Source: Mytilus californianus (Eukaryota). From it: a stretch of 64,000 bases of DNA. The notes under the pieces were generated by a model. It had not been told where the DNA came from. It saw nothing but the letters and a program-made list of their open reading frames with translations, and did no database searches. The stretch is from positions 1,736,001 to 1,800,000 of the forward strand of contig NW_026262686.1 of the NCBI RefSeq assembly GCF_021869535.1, read 5' to 3'. The first letter of the stretch is position 1. Every line of letters starts with the position of its first letter. Below are positions 36,600 through 50,278 of the stretch, piece after piece. A program made the translations under genes and the position numbers.

Positions 36600-39500
36600 C
36601 TTTTTATATTTAAGGGTTATCGTATACTACAGTGCTTTACTACACTGGTTTAATTGTATGTACCGTTCGTTGGTACATTAGACTGGTTTTTCGTTAGAAC
36701 ATAAGATTGGTTTTATTTTTGTACCTTTTGTTAGTAAATTAGGCTGATTTTATTGTATGCACCTTTCGTTAATAAATTAAACTGGTTTTATTGTATGTAC
36801 CTTTCGTTAGTACGTTAGGTTGGTTTTATCGTATGTGCCTTTCATTAGTACATTAGACTGGTCTTATTGTATGAACCTTTCGTTATTACATCACACTGGT
36901 TTTATTGTATGTTCCTTTCGTTAGTACATTAGGCTGGTTTTATTGCATGTACCTTTTGTTAGTACTTTAGACTGGTTTTATTGTATGTACCTTTCGTTAG
37001 TAAATTAGACTGGTTTTATTGAATGTACCTTTCGTTAATACGTTAGGCTGGTTTTATTGTATGTACCTTTCGTTAGTACGTTAAGCTGGTTTTATTGCAT
37101 GTACCTTTTGCTAGTACATTAGACTGGTACTTTTCGTTAGTACATTAGACTGGTTTTAGTGTATGTACCTTCCGTTAGTAAACTAGACTGGTTTCATTGT
37201 TTGCACCTTTCGTAAGTACATTAGACTGGTTATAGTGTATGTACCTTTTGTTAGTAAATTAGACTGGTTTCATTGTTTTTTACCTTTCGTAAGTACATGA
37301 GGCTGGTTTTATTGCATGTGATTTTCATGAGTACATTAGACTGGTCTTATTGTATGAACCTTTCGTTAGTACCTCATACTGGTTTTATTATATGTTCCTT
37401 TCGTTAGTACATTAGACTGGTTTTATTGTATGTGCCTTTCGTAAGAACATTAGGCTGGATTAATTGAATACCTTTCGTTAGTACATTAGGCTGGATTTAT
37501 TGTATGTACCTTTCGTTATTTATTTAGGATGGTTTTATTGTATGTACCTTTCGTTAGTACATTAGGCTGGTTTTATTGTATGTACCTTTCGTTAGTACGT
37601 TAGAGTTGTTTAATTGTATGTACCTTTCGTCAGTACATTAGACTTGTTTAATTGTATGTTTTTTTTCGTCAGTACATTAGACTTGTTTATTGTATGTACC
37701 TTTCGTTAGTACATTAGGTTGGTTTTATTGTATGTACCTTTCGTTAGTACATTAGACTGGTTTTATTGTATGTACTTTTCAATGGAACATTAAGCTGGTT
37801 CAATTGCATGTTCCTTTCGTTAGTACACTAGGCTGGTTTTATTGTATGTACTTTTCAATAGAACATTAGGCTGGTTCAATTGTATGTTCCTTTCGTTAGT
37901 ACATTAGACTGGTTTTATTGTATGTACCTTTCGTTTGTACATTAGACTGGTTTTACTGTATGAACCTTTCGTTAGTACATTAGGCTGGATTTATTGTATG
38001 TTCCTTTCGTTAGTACATTAGACTGGTTTTATTGTATGTACCTTTCGTTAGTACATTAGACTTGTTTTATTGTATGTACCTTTCGTTAGTACATTAGACT
38101 GGTTTTATTGTATGTACCTTTCGTTAGTACATTAGACTGGTTTTATTGTATGTTCCTTTCGTTAGCACATTAGACTTGTTTAATTGTTTGTACCTTTCCT
38201 TAGTACATTAGACTGGATTTATTGTATGTACCTTTCGTTAGTACATTAGACTTGTTTAATTGTATATACTTTTAATCAGTTCATTAGACTTGTTTTATTG
38301 TATGTACCCTTCGTTAGTACATTAGGCTGGTTTTATTGTATGTACCCTTCGTTAGTACATTAGACTGGATTTATTGTATGTACCCTTCGTTAGTACATTA
38401 GGCTGGTTTTATTGTATGTACCCTTCGTTAGTACACTAGGCTGGTTTTGATGTATGCACCCTTCGTTAGTACATTAGCCTGGATTTAATGTATGTGCCTT
38501 TCGTTAGTACATTAGACTGGTTTTATTATATGAATCTTTCGTTAGTAAATTAAAGTGGTTTTATTGTATGTTCCTTTCGTTAGTACACTAACCTGGTTTT
38601 ATTGTATGTACTTTTCAATGGAATATTAGGCTAGTTCAATTGTATGTTCCTTTCGTTAGTACGTTAGGCTGGTTTTATTGTATGTACCTTTCGTTAGTAC
38701 ATTAGACTTTTTTAATTGTATGTACTTTTCGTCAGTACATTAGACGGGTTTTATTGTATGTTCCTTTCGTTAACACATTAGGCTGGTTTTATTGTATGAA
38801 CCTTTCGTTAGTAAATTACAATGGTTTTATTGTATGTTCCTTTCGTTAGTAAACTAACCTGGTTTTATTGTATGTACTTTTCAATGGAATATTAGGCTGG
38901 TTCAATTGTATGTTCCTTTCGTTAGTACGTTAGGCTGGTTTTATTGTATGTACCTTTCGTTAGTACATTAGACTGGTTTTATTGTATATTCCTTTCGTTA
39001 GTACATTAGACTTTTTTAATTATATGTACTTTTCTTCAGTACATTAGACGGGTTTTATTGTATGTTCCTTTCGTTAGCACATTAGGCTGGTTTTATTGTA
39101 TGAACTTTTCGTTAGTAAATTACAATGGTTTTATTGTATGTTCCTTTCGTTAGTAAACTAACCTGGTTTTATTGTATGTACTTTTCAATGAAATATTAGG
39201 CTGGTTCAATTGTATGTTCCTTTCGTTAGTACGTTAGGCTGGTTTTATTGTATATACCTTTCGTTAGTACATTAGACTGGTTTTATTGTATGTTCCTTAT
39301 GTTAGTACATTAGACTTTTTTAATTGTATGTACTTTTCTTCAGTACATTAGACGGGTTTTATTGTATGTTCCTTTCGTTAGCACATTAGGCTGGTTTTAT
39401 TGTATGTTCCTTTCGTTAGTAAATTATAATGATTTTATTGTATGTTCCTTTCGTTAGTACACAATACTGGTTTTATTGTATGTCCTTTTCAATGGAACAT

Positions 39501-39855
39501 TAGGCTGGTTCAATTGTATGTTCCTTTTGTTAGTACACTAGGCTGGTTTTATTTTATGTACTTTTCAATGGAACATTAGGCTGGTTCAATTATATGTTCC
39601 TTTCGTTACAATGTAGTACTTTAGGCTGGTTTTATTGTATGTTCCTTTCGTTAGTAACTAGGCTGGTTTTATTGTATGTACTTTTCAATGGGACATTAGG
39701 CTGGTTTTATTGTATGTACTTTTCAATAGAACATTAGGCTGGTTCAATTGTATGTTCCTTTCGTTAGTACATTAGACTGGTTTTATTGTATGTACCTTTC
39801 GTTAGTACATTAGACTGGTACCTTTCCTTAGTACATTAGACTGTTATCTTTCGTT
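36600..39855. repeat. 38-bp satellite, about 85 copies (paralogous short array at 53425-53660)
   Basis: Unit ctggttttattgtatgtacctttcgttagtacattaga. Confidence 0.95.
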
Positions 39856-40348
39856 AGTACATCAGGCTGGTGATTGTTGGTTTACCAATAGTACTAGCAT
39901 CTTCCCAACTGTAGTTTAACAAAATTATTTTATCAAATACATTTGTATGTATTATCTCTTTAGTTGTGTATATAAATTGTAACAAAAAATATTTATCTTT
40001 AACATACCTATGTTTAACCCCTGTATACAAATACACTAACCTATGATATGTTTATCACATAGCCATACATCTCTTAAACACTAGATACATGGATAGGTGG
40101 GTAAATATTTAACGTTCTTTAGTTGCTCCGAGTACAGTTTTTTATGAGGCGCGGATTTAGTCAACATTATTGTATTAAAGGAGATCATGAAATATTTCAT
40201 GACCTCCACAAATCAATTTAAAGATATCCTGAAATATTTCATGACCTCCCTGATTTGATTTAAGGACATCCGGAAATATTTCATGATCTCCACAATTCAA
40301 TTTCAGGACATTTACAATCTGATTTCTGGATATCCTTTATTCGATTTA

Positions 40349-41558
40349 CAGCCGATTTCAACGAGTGTGTAGCTAAAGGTAGAATCTTTGGTTAGCTTCC
40401 TTGCTAGCTCAACCATGAAATCATTAATGGTAAGGCACATCCAGCCTTTGGGTGGAGTCAATAGTTAAGCAGAGAACCAATCAGAATTAAGTGACAGAAT
40501 ATAAACATCGTAAAACTAGTTTTACAAGTCAGTTTAAAAATAAGTTTTCAATCTAAATTTAAAATTTAGTGATACTTATAAGCTCATTCACAAGCATGCA
40601 TGTTGTAGGTGAGTTTGATTTGCCAAAATGATGAAAAGTTAACTAAAAGCTGAAATTCCTTATTTTTTTCTTCTTCGTCAGAATAAAAGTGAATACGGTC
40701 AGCGCTTGTCTGTTGAATTTGTTACATCAAGTTAATAAAATGTAGTTGGATATGATTGACAAGCGCTGACCGTATTCACTTTTACACATACACACAATTA
40801 AATATACTCTAAATATTACTTAAAATACACCCGGACAAGTAAAAAAGATTGGAAGGTGTCCAAAAGTACATATGACCTGATCATTCAATCTAGGTCAGAT
40901 TAAAACTGAAGTAGAGACATAAAAATTGTTCTTCATGGCTGCATTATTTATCTAAAACTAATAAGTAAGGTAATGTTAACGGACCAAGTGGATGTTGATA
41001 AACTCTGCAATATTTTCAATTCCAGACTGCAGTTGTTTGCTGTTTTTTTTTTCGTTGCATTTTTAACTAAATAAAAGGTCCACAAATGCAACCGTGCATG
41101 ATATTAAGTAGTATGATATTTTTTTCTTTTCTGTGTGAATATAAAAGATTTTAGTTCTAAAAACTATGCATATATATGAAGAAAAGACACCAAGACCATA
41201 ACAAATTGAATGTTTTTTTGTGTGCACCTAAAGACACTTATTAACTATTCACGGCGTAAATATTTAAAAAAAACCAAAACGTTACTCCGCTTCTAATTTA
41301 TTGTAATAAAAAGATTTTTTAATTCAATCAAAGACTAAGAAATGAAATTTTATTTGCAAAGTAGTCTAGGTAAACCTTTGTATGAAACATACATATATCA
41401 TAAATAATAAACAGGCCATTGATATAAATGTTTTCATTGGATGATAAAATGGTGCTTTGCTCCTCCCAATTTTAAGGTAATAATCATTTCATGGTTGAGC
41501 TAGCAAGGAAGCTAACCAAAGATTCTACCTTTAGCTACACACTCGTTGGAATCGGCTG
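40349..41558. mobile_element. 1.2-kb MITE with 73-bp TIRs and TA target duplication (Tc1/mariner-like TA|CAG ends)
   Basis: TIRs 40349-40421 and 41486-41558 with one mismatch; TA on both sides; absent at the paralogous site near 54340. Confidence 0.88.
40684..40784. repeat. Perfect 27-bp inverted repeat (47-nt loop) inside the MITE
   Basis: taaaagtgaatacggtcagcgcttgtc (40684-40710) and gacaagcgctgaccgtattcactttta (40758-40784). Confidence 0.88.
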
Positions 41559-41659
41559 TAAAGATAGACTGAAGTCGATTTATGAATATCCTGAAATCGA
41601 ATTGTGGAGTTCATGTGATATTTCAGGATATTTTGGAATCAGTCATGTATATGTCAGTC

Positions 41660-44600
41660 CGAGATTTACAGTTAGGTTAGAGACTTAAGGTTACATTTAG
41701 GTTAGATATTGAGGGTTACAGTTAGTTTGGATACTGAGGGTTACAGTTAGATACTGTGGGTTACAGTTAGGTTAGAGACTGAGGGTTACAGTTAGGTTAG
41801 AGACTTAAGATTACAATGAGGTTAGATATTGAGGGTTTCAAATAGGTTAGAGACTGAGAGTTACAGTTAGGACAGAGACTGAGGGTTATGGTTATGTTAA
41901 AGACTGATGGTTACAGTTAGGTTAGAGACTGAGGCTTATGGTTAGGTTAGATATTGAGAGTTATGGTTAGGTTAGATATTGAGGGTTTCAGCTAGGTTAA
42001 ATGCTGAGGGTAACAGTTAGGTTAGATATAGAGGGTAGCATATAGGTTAAAGACTAAGGATTGAAGTTAGGACAGAGACTGAGGGTTACAAATAGGTTAG
42101 AGACTGAGGGTTACAGTATTGGCAGAGACTAAGGGTTACAAATAGGTTAGATACTGAGGGTTACTTTAAGGGCAGATACTGAGGGTTATTGTTAGGTTAG
42201 ATATTGAGGGTTATGGTTAGGTTAGATATTGAGGGTTACAGAAAGGTTAGAGACTTAAGGTTACAGATAAGTTAGAGACTTAAGGTTACACTGAGGAAAG
42301 ATATTGAGGGTTACAGTTAGGTTAGAGACTGATTGTTACAGATAGGTTAGAGTCTGATTGTTACAGATAGGCTAGAGACTGAGGGTAGCATATAAGTTAG
42401 AGACTGAGGGTTACAGTTAGGTTAGAGACTGAGGTCTATGGCAAGGTTAGAGACTGAGGGTAACAGTAAGAGCAGAGACTGAGGCTTATGGTTAGGTTAG
42501 ATATTGAGAGTTATGGTTAGGTTAGATATTAAGGGTTACAGCTAGGTTAAATATTGAGGCTTACAGTTAAGTTAGATATTGAGGGTTACAGTTAGGTTAG
42601 AGATTGAGGTTTACAATTAGGTTAGAGACTGAGGGTTACAGTTAGAGCAAAGAGACTGAGGGTTACAATCAGGTTAGAGACTAATGGTTACAGATAGGTT
42701 AGAGACTTAGGGTAGCATATAGGTTAGAGACTAAGGATTGAAGTTAGGATAGAGACTGAAGGTTACAAATAGGTTTGAGACTGAGGGTTATGGTTAGGTT
42801 AGAGACTGAGGGTTACAGTAAGGGCAGAGACTGAGGGTTACAGATAGGTTAGAGACTGAGGGTTACAGTAAGGGCAGAGACTGAGGGTTACAGATAGGTT
42901 AGAGACTGAGGGTTACAGTAAGGGCAGATACTGAGGGTTACAGATAGGTTAGAGACGGAGGGTTACAATAAGGGCAGATACTGAGGGTTACAAATATGTT
43001 AGAGACTGAGGGTTATGATGAGGTTAGAGACTGAGGGTTACAGTAAGGGCAGATACTGAGGGTTATTGTTAGGTTAGATAATGAGGGTTATGGTTAGATT
43101 AGATAATGAGGGTTACAGATAGGTTAGAGACTTAAGGTTACACTGAGGTAAGATATTGAGGGTTACAGTTAGGTTAGAGACTGATTGTTACAGATAGGTT
43201 AGAGACTAATTGTTACAGATAGGTTAGAGACTGGGGATAGCATATAGGTTAGAGACTGAGGGTTACAGATAGGTTAGAGACTGAGGGTTACAGATAGGTT
43301 AGAGACTGAGGGTTACAGATAGGTTAGAGACTGAGGGTTACAGATAGGTTAGAGACTGATTGTTACAGATAGGTTAGAGACTGAGGGTAGCATATAGGTT
43401 AGAGACTGACTGTTACAGATAGGTTAGAGACTGATTGTTACAGATAGGTTAGAGACTAACTGTTACAGATAGGTTAGAGACTGACTGTTACAGATAGGTT
43501 AGAGACTGATTGTTACAGATAGGTTAGAGACTGATTGTTACAGATAGGTTAGAGACTAACTGTTACAGATAGGTTAGAGACTGACTGTTACAGATAGGTT
43601 AGAGACTGATTGTTACAGATAGGTTAGAGACTAACTGTTACAGATAGGTTAGAGACTGACTGTTACAGATAGGTAAGAGACTGATTGTTACAGATAGGTT
43701 AGAGACTGATTGTTACAGATAGGTTAGAGACTGAGGGTAGCATATAGTTTAGAGACTGAGGGTAGCATATAGGTTAGAGAATGAGGGTTACAGATAGGTT
43801 AGAGACTGAGGTATATGGCAGGTTTAGAGACTGAGGGTTACAGTAAAAGCAGAGACTGAGGATTATGGTTAGGTTAGATATTGAGAGCTATGGTTAGGTT
43901 AGATATTGAGTGTTACAGTTATAGGTTAAATACTGAGGGTTACAGTTAAGTTAGATATAGAGGGTTACAGTTAGGTTAGAGACTGAGGGTTACAATTAGG
44001 TTAGATACTGAGGGTTAGAGTGAGGTTAGATATAGAGGGTTACAGTTAGGTAAGTGTCTGAGGGTTACAGTTAGGTAATGTATTGAGGCTTAGAGTTAGG
44101 TTAGATAGTGAGGATTACAGTTATGTTAGATACTGAGGGTTACAGTTAGGTTAGATACTGAAGGTTACAGATAGGTTAGATACTGAAGGTTACAGTTAAG
44201 TTAGATAATGAGGGTTACCGTAAGTAATATATTGAGGCTTAGAGTTAGGTTAGATATTGAGGGTTACAGTTAGGTTAGATACTGAGGGTTACAGTTATAG
44301 GTTAAATACTGAGGGTAACAGTTAGGTTAGATATAGAGGGTTACAGTTAGGTTAGAGACTGAGGGTTACAATTAGGTTAGATATTGAAGGTTACAGTTAG
44401 GTTAGAGACTGAGGGTTACTGTTAAGTAATATATTGAGGCTTAGAGTTAGGTTAGATATTGAGGGTTACAGTTAGGTTAGATACTGAGGGTTACAGTTAG
44501 GTTAGATACTGAAGGTTACAGTTAGGTCAGAGACTGGGGGTTACAGTAGGGTAATATATTGAGGGTTACAGTTAGGTTAGATATTGAGTGATATAGTTAG

Positions 44601-45210
44601 GTTAGAGATTTAAGGTTACAGTTAAGTTAGATATTGATGCTTATTTTTAGAATAGATATTGAGGGTTAGAGACTTATGGTTACAGATAGGTTAGAGACTG
44701 AGGGTATCATATAGGTTAGAAACTGAGGGTTACATTTAGATTTAGGACTGAGGGTTATAGTTATGTTATAACCTGCGAGTTATGGTAAGGTTAGAGACTG
44801 AGGGTTACAAATTGGTCAGATATTAAGGGTTACATTTAGGTTAGCGACTGAGCGTTACAGTTCGGTTAAAACCTGAGGGTTATGGCTAGGTAAGAGACTG
44901 AGGGTTACAGTTAGAACATAGTCTGAGGGTTGTAGTTTGGTTAGATATGGAGGGTTATAGATAGTTATTCTGAGTGTTATGGTAAGCTAGAGACTGAGGG
45001 TAAACTGAGGCTAACCTAACTGTAACCCTCAGTCTCTAACTTATTGTAATCCTCAGTCTGTAACCGATCTGTAACCCTCGGTCTCTAAGCTTAATCTCAC
45101 GTGCACCCTAAGTCTCTAGCCTTTCCTTAACCGTAAGTCTCTAACCGAATTGTAACCCTTAGTTTCTAATCTTAATGTCACATGCACACACAGTCTCTAA
45201 CGTAACTGTC
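41660..45210. repeat. 25-bp telomere-like satellite, about 135 copies, with strand inversion near 45005-45010
   Basis: Unit gttagagactgagggttacagttag. From about 45010 the units read ctaacctaactgtaaccctcagtctct. Confidence 0.93.
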
Positions 45211-45226
45211 ACTAGAAAAATAAAAG

Positions 45227-47110
45227 ATGAATCCTGAAAAGCTGAGGTAAGGTATAAATGTAGGAGGCCAAAACTGTCAATCTAATTATGAAGATACAGA
45301 ACCTATCCACATTTAAAAGTATAATGACTCATCTTAATTCTAATTTTATGTCAGAAAACGAGTGTTGTCAGAGCTTGAAAGCAAAGGCTACAGTATTGTT
45401 ACCGATATCCTTACCCATGAGGAATGTAACCAGTACATAACGCAATACAAGGAATGGCTCAGCAGATTCGGCGATGAACGTCCTTATCGTGATAAATCGT
45501 TGACTCATCAGTTCAGGGTTGCACATGCTGAACCGACATGGAATGTCCGGCTCAAATCCAGACCAATTTTTGCGTCTATTTGGAAGACAGAGAATTTGTT
45601 AAGCAGTATGGACGGCGTGGCAATGGAGGAGCCACCAGAACTAGGTAAACAGATTTTGTACATGTAAGCGTAGAACATGTTTCTGAACAGAAAATTAAAT
45701 AATCTCTTCCGGGACTTGAAACCGTGAACTTTGTGATACTAGACAGCGCTCTATCAGACTGAGCTAGGAACCTCCATAGGGTGGCTAAGTATCCAATCCT
45801 CTAAATAAAAAATCCCGTCACATTTCCCACACCCCAAGAGTCATCATATCATTATGACTCTCACAGCATGCAACCTGGATAGATATCATCTCTATTCTGA
45901 TTTTACCATGGATTTTTTTTACTTCGGTGCCAAATGTAACTTTATTAGAAAATCACCTGAAATCAAACCCGAGACTTCTTTGTTACAAATCAGCGCTCTA
46001 ATCGACCGAGCTAAAGCTCAACCGCTGTATCTACTACTCAAGGGAAGCACTTCCGTCACACACATCTATTCTCAAAAATAAAATTATCAGTACACCGTAA
46101 ATGTTGTTCATTGAATCAAAAGGTGGGGATGAACTATATGCTTAGTTTACTGTGGCACATATGTATTAATATATAATTATTATGAATTAATTATAATATA
46201 GTTTTCAATTAAACAAAAAGTTTATTTGCTTAACATTCAAATTCATTTTATATGAAGAAAAGATGGTTCGTTCACTTTTGAAAGATAGAATTAACATTAA
46301 GATATATGTACTTTCTTATAGAATTGACATAATAATATATGCACTTTCTTATAGAATTGACATAAAGATATATGTACTTTCTTATATTTTACAGGTCGCT
46401 CTGCTTTTGGCAATTATGACTACTTTTGGTTACACACTGATCAAGGCTCTTGGAGAGAAGGATTGCATGCCTATCAAGGAGCTGTCTATCTCGAAGAAAC
46501 GTCAGAATCAGATTTCTGCTTAAGGGTGTTGGAAAATTCAGTTCAGTTTCACAAAGAATTTTATGAAAATTTTCCCACTGCGAAAGAAAAATCTGCAGGC
46601 GAAGATTTTTATATTCTCTCAAAAGAAGAAATCGATTGGTTTATATCTAAAGGATGTGAAATTAAGAAAATTCCGGTTCCAAAGGGAGGAATGGTATTAT
46701 GGGATTCTAGAACAATACACGATAATATTGCTCCGACGAGAGGTCGGCCAAACTCCGATAGATGGCGATTCGTAGTATTGGTGTGCATGGTTCCAGCAAA
46801 ATGGACTACATCAGAGGACATTGAAATAAAAAAAGAAGCTTATGATAAAATGGCAGCAACAGCACATTGGCCGGCACAAGGCGTATGCCTATTTCCGAAA
46901 ACCTCCGAAAGAAATAAAACAAATAAGTTTTCTCACCTAGAAATGATTCAAGAACAACCAGATATTGCCAAAAGAAAAGATGTTTTAAGGTTAGTTGGTA
47001 TAGAGAAGTATGCTGTTGAGGAAAATAAAGAAGTTATATCAAAAAGACCAAAGTGGAACATTTTGTTTGATTCCGATGCATGGAGGAAGAGAGAGACACA
47101 CCGAAATTGA
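45227..47110 (+). CDS. PhyH-like Fe(II)/2-oxoglutarate dioxygenase, paralog A; exons 45227-45246, 45355-45644, 46395-47110
   Basis: MNPEKLR|KRVLSELESKGYSIV...VAHAEPTWNVR...MDGV...|GRSAF...WLHTDQ...YQGAVYLEE...GGMVLWDSRTIH...RFVVLVCMVP. HxD...H iron triad plus distal Arg; GT-AG junctions with phases 2 and 1 matching. Confidence 0.85.
45704..46025 (-). mobile_element. Two tRNA-derived SINE-head/pseudo-tRNA fragments in intron 2 (about 45704-45775 and 45962-46022); paralogous at about 55181-55245 and 55435-55490
   Basis: The minus strand shows A-box-like TAGCTCAGTCTGATAGAGCG and B-box-like GGTTTCAAGTCCC, but there is no clean cloverleaf. Confidence 0.55.
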
Positions 47111-48049
47111 TATCTAAGAGACCAAAATGGAAGACACGTAAATTCCACTTCATTAAGAAAATACTGACTTTTGATACTTAAGGTTGATAACTCTTGTAAG
47201 TTATTGACATTTTAAATATATTGTTTACATGAACTATAATATCTATAACTTGAAAACACTGCTGTTGACATGAACTATATAATGTTCAAACATAAAGACA
47301 CCTATTGTTTTATCAAAGAAACCTATTGTTAATGACTTATTTATGCATAATTGATGAAATAATTTTATTCAGTAAAAGTATAAATGTTCTTTTTTCTTCG
47401 AAAGATGATTCAGTATGGTTAATAGTTAAAATTGTCAAAAAACGAGAATTTACTAAGTTTTCAGGCTAGACCACACGATCAATCGTGTATAAATAGTGCC
47501 GTAATTGAAATATGTAAAGATATATATGAACTTTTTACCGTAACTGTATTCATGGCTGCCATTTTGCATATCGAGAACAATTACCTTGAAAGTAATCACG
47601 GCTGTCATTTGGTATATCGAGAACATTTATCTTGATAGTAATCACTGAAGTGCCAGTGGAATGGCCGTTTGAATATACATATGACTAAATGTAAATAAAC
47701 TCTTTATTTGTAATACAGCATCAACGTTTCATGGCATACATCGCAATAAAATTACAACGCATTTTCAAACTTTTCCATACAAATACTGTTAACAACCTGA
47801 AAACTACAAAAAATAAAAGTAAACAGTTCTTAGTTCCTTATAGAATCGTTAATTACAACAAAATACAATATTCTATTGTTACTCAAATATCAACCTAATT
47901 ATACAAGAAATTATAACCTCTTTGGGCCGTTGATATTGCAACGCAATTTACGCACATCATTAGTTTCTGAATCAAGTAACAAAAAGTGAAAGATACGAAA
48001 GAGATTCTACAGTGCTATGCTATCCGTACCTTTCTCCTACTCTCCGGCG

Positions 48050-50075
48050 GTAACAATCACGACTGTCATTTGGTTTATCGAGAACAATTATCCTGAAAGT
48101 AATCACGGCTGTCATTTAGTATATCGAGAACTATTATCATGAAAGTAATCAAGGCTGTCATTTGGTATATCGAGAACAACTATCTTGAAAGCATTCACAG
48201 TTGTCATTTGATATATCGAGAGCAAATATCGTGAAAGTAATCACGGCTGTCATTTGGTATATCGACAACAACTATTGTGAAAGTAATTACGGCTGTCATT
48301 TGGTATATAAAGACCAATCACCTTGAAAGTAATCACGACTGTCATTTGTTATTTCGAGAAGGATTATCATGAAATCAATAAAGGCTGTCATTTGTTGTTT
48401 TGAAAAGGATTATCGTGAAAGTAATCACGGCTGTCATTTGGAATATCGAGAACAATTATTGTGAAAGTAATCACGACTGTTATTTGGTATATCGAGAACA
48501 ATTACAATGAAAGTAATCACGGCAGTCATTTGGTATATCGAAAACTATTATCGTGAAAGTAATCACGGCTGTCATTCGGTATATCGAGAACAATTATTGT
48601 GAAAGTAATCACGCCCGTCATTTCGTATATCGAGAACAATTACAATGGAAGTAACCACGACAGTCATTTAGTATATCAAGAACTATTATCGTGAAAGTAA
48701 TCACGGCTGTCATTTGGTATATCGAGAACAATTATTGTGAAAATAATCACGCCTGTCATTTGGTATATCGAGAACAATTACAATGAAAGTAATCACGGCT
48801 GTCGTTTGGTATATCGAGAACAATTATTGTGAAAATAATCACGCCTGTCATTTGGTATATCGAGAACAATTATTGTGAAAATAATCACGCCTGTCATTTG
48901 GTATATCGAGAACAATTACAATGAAAGTAATCACGGCTGTCGTTTGGTATATCGAGAACAATTTCCATGAAAGTAATCACGGCTGGCATTTGGAATATCA
49001 AGAACAACTATCTTGAGAGTAATCACGACTGTCAGTTGGTATATCGAAAACAATTACCTTGAAAGTAATTACGGCTGTCATTTGGTACATAGAGAACAAT
49101 TATCATGAAAGTTATCACGGCTGTAATTTAGTATATCGAGAACTGTTATCGTGAAAGTAATCACGGCTGTCATTTGGTATATCGAGTACAATTACCATGA
49201 AAGTAATCACGGCTGTCATTTGTTATAACCTGAAAGTAATCACGGCTGTCATTTTGGTATATCAAGAACAATTTCCATGAAAGTAATGACAGCTGTCATT
49301 TGGAATATCAAGAAGAATTATCTTGAGAGTTATCAAGGCTGTCATTTGGTATATCGAAAACAATTACATTAAAAGCAATCACGGCTGTTATTTTGTTATA
49401 TCGAGAACAATTATCATGAAAGTTATCACGGCTGTCATTTGGTATATCGAGAACAATTATCTTGAAAGTAAACAGGGCTGTCATTTGATATATCGAGAAC
49501 ATCCATGAATGTTGATATTTTGTATATCGAGAACAATTACCTTGAAAGTAATGACGGCTGTCATTTGGTACATAGAGAACAATTATCATGAAAGTTATCA
49601 CGGCTGTAATTTAGTATATCGAAAACTGTTATCGTGAAAGTAATCACGGCTGTCATTTGGTATATCGAGTACAATTACCATGAAAGTAATCACGGCTGTC
49701 ATTTGTTATAAACTGAAAGTAATCACGGCTGTCATTTTGGTATATCAAGAACAATTTCCATGAAAGTAATGACAGCTGTCATTTGGAATATCAAGAAGAA
49801 TTATCTTGAGAGTTATCAAGGCTGTCATTTGGTATATCGAAAACAATTACATTAAAAGCAATCACGGCTGTTATTTTGTTATATCGAGAACAATTATCAT
49901 GAAAGTTATCACGGCTGTCATTTGGTATATCGAGAACAATTATCTTGAAAGTAAACAGGGCTGTCATTTGATATATCGAGAACATCCATGAATGTTGATA
50001 TTTTGTATATCGAGAACAATTACCATGAACGTAATCACGGTTGTCATTTGGTATATCGAGAACAATTGTCTTGAA
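48050..50075. repeat. 46-bp minisatellite, about 44 copies, with an internal 483-bp block duplication
   Basis: Unit gaaagtaatcacggctgtcatttggtatatcgagaacaattatcat. Near-identical ORFs at 49323 and 49806 are offset by 483. Confidence 0.93.
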
Positions 50076-50278
50076 AGAACAAGTATTTAGATCGGGAAAT
50101 GAAAGAACTTATCGGATCGTTAAAGCAATTAAAAACCTTTTAACTTCAAGATTTGTTAACAAATTTACATTGTTTCATCGGCACTAATACCACATCTTTT
50201 TATATCTATTGTAGATGTACACCTCACATTCCATAATGTTTGTATTAAGATTGAAAATGCATATTTTATAGTCTTATG

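Noticed and set aside
45704-45775. Functional tRNA gene
   Set aside because: It has A/B-box-like motifs but poor acceptor and anticodon stem pairing, so it is called SINE-like only.
46563-47148. Alternative-frame and antisense ORFs within the dioxygenase exon 3 (also 55755-56226)
   Set aside because: Shadow ORFs with no independent evidence.
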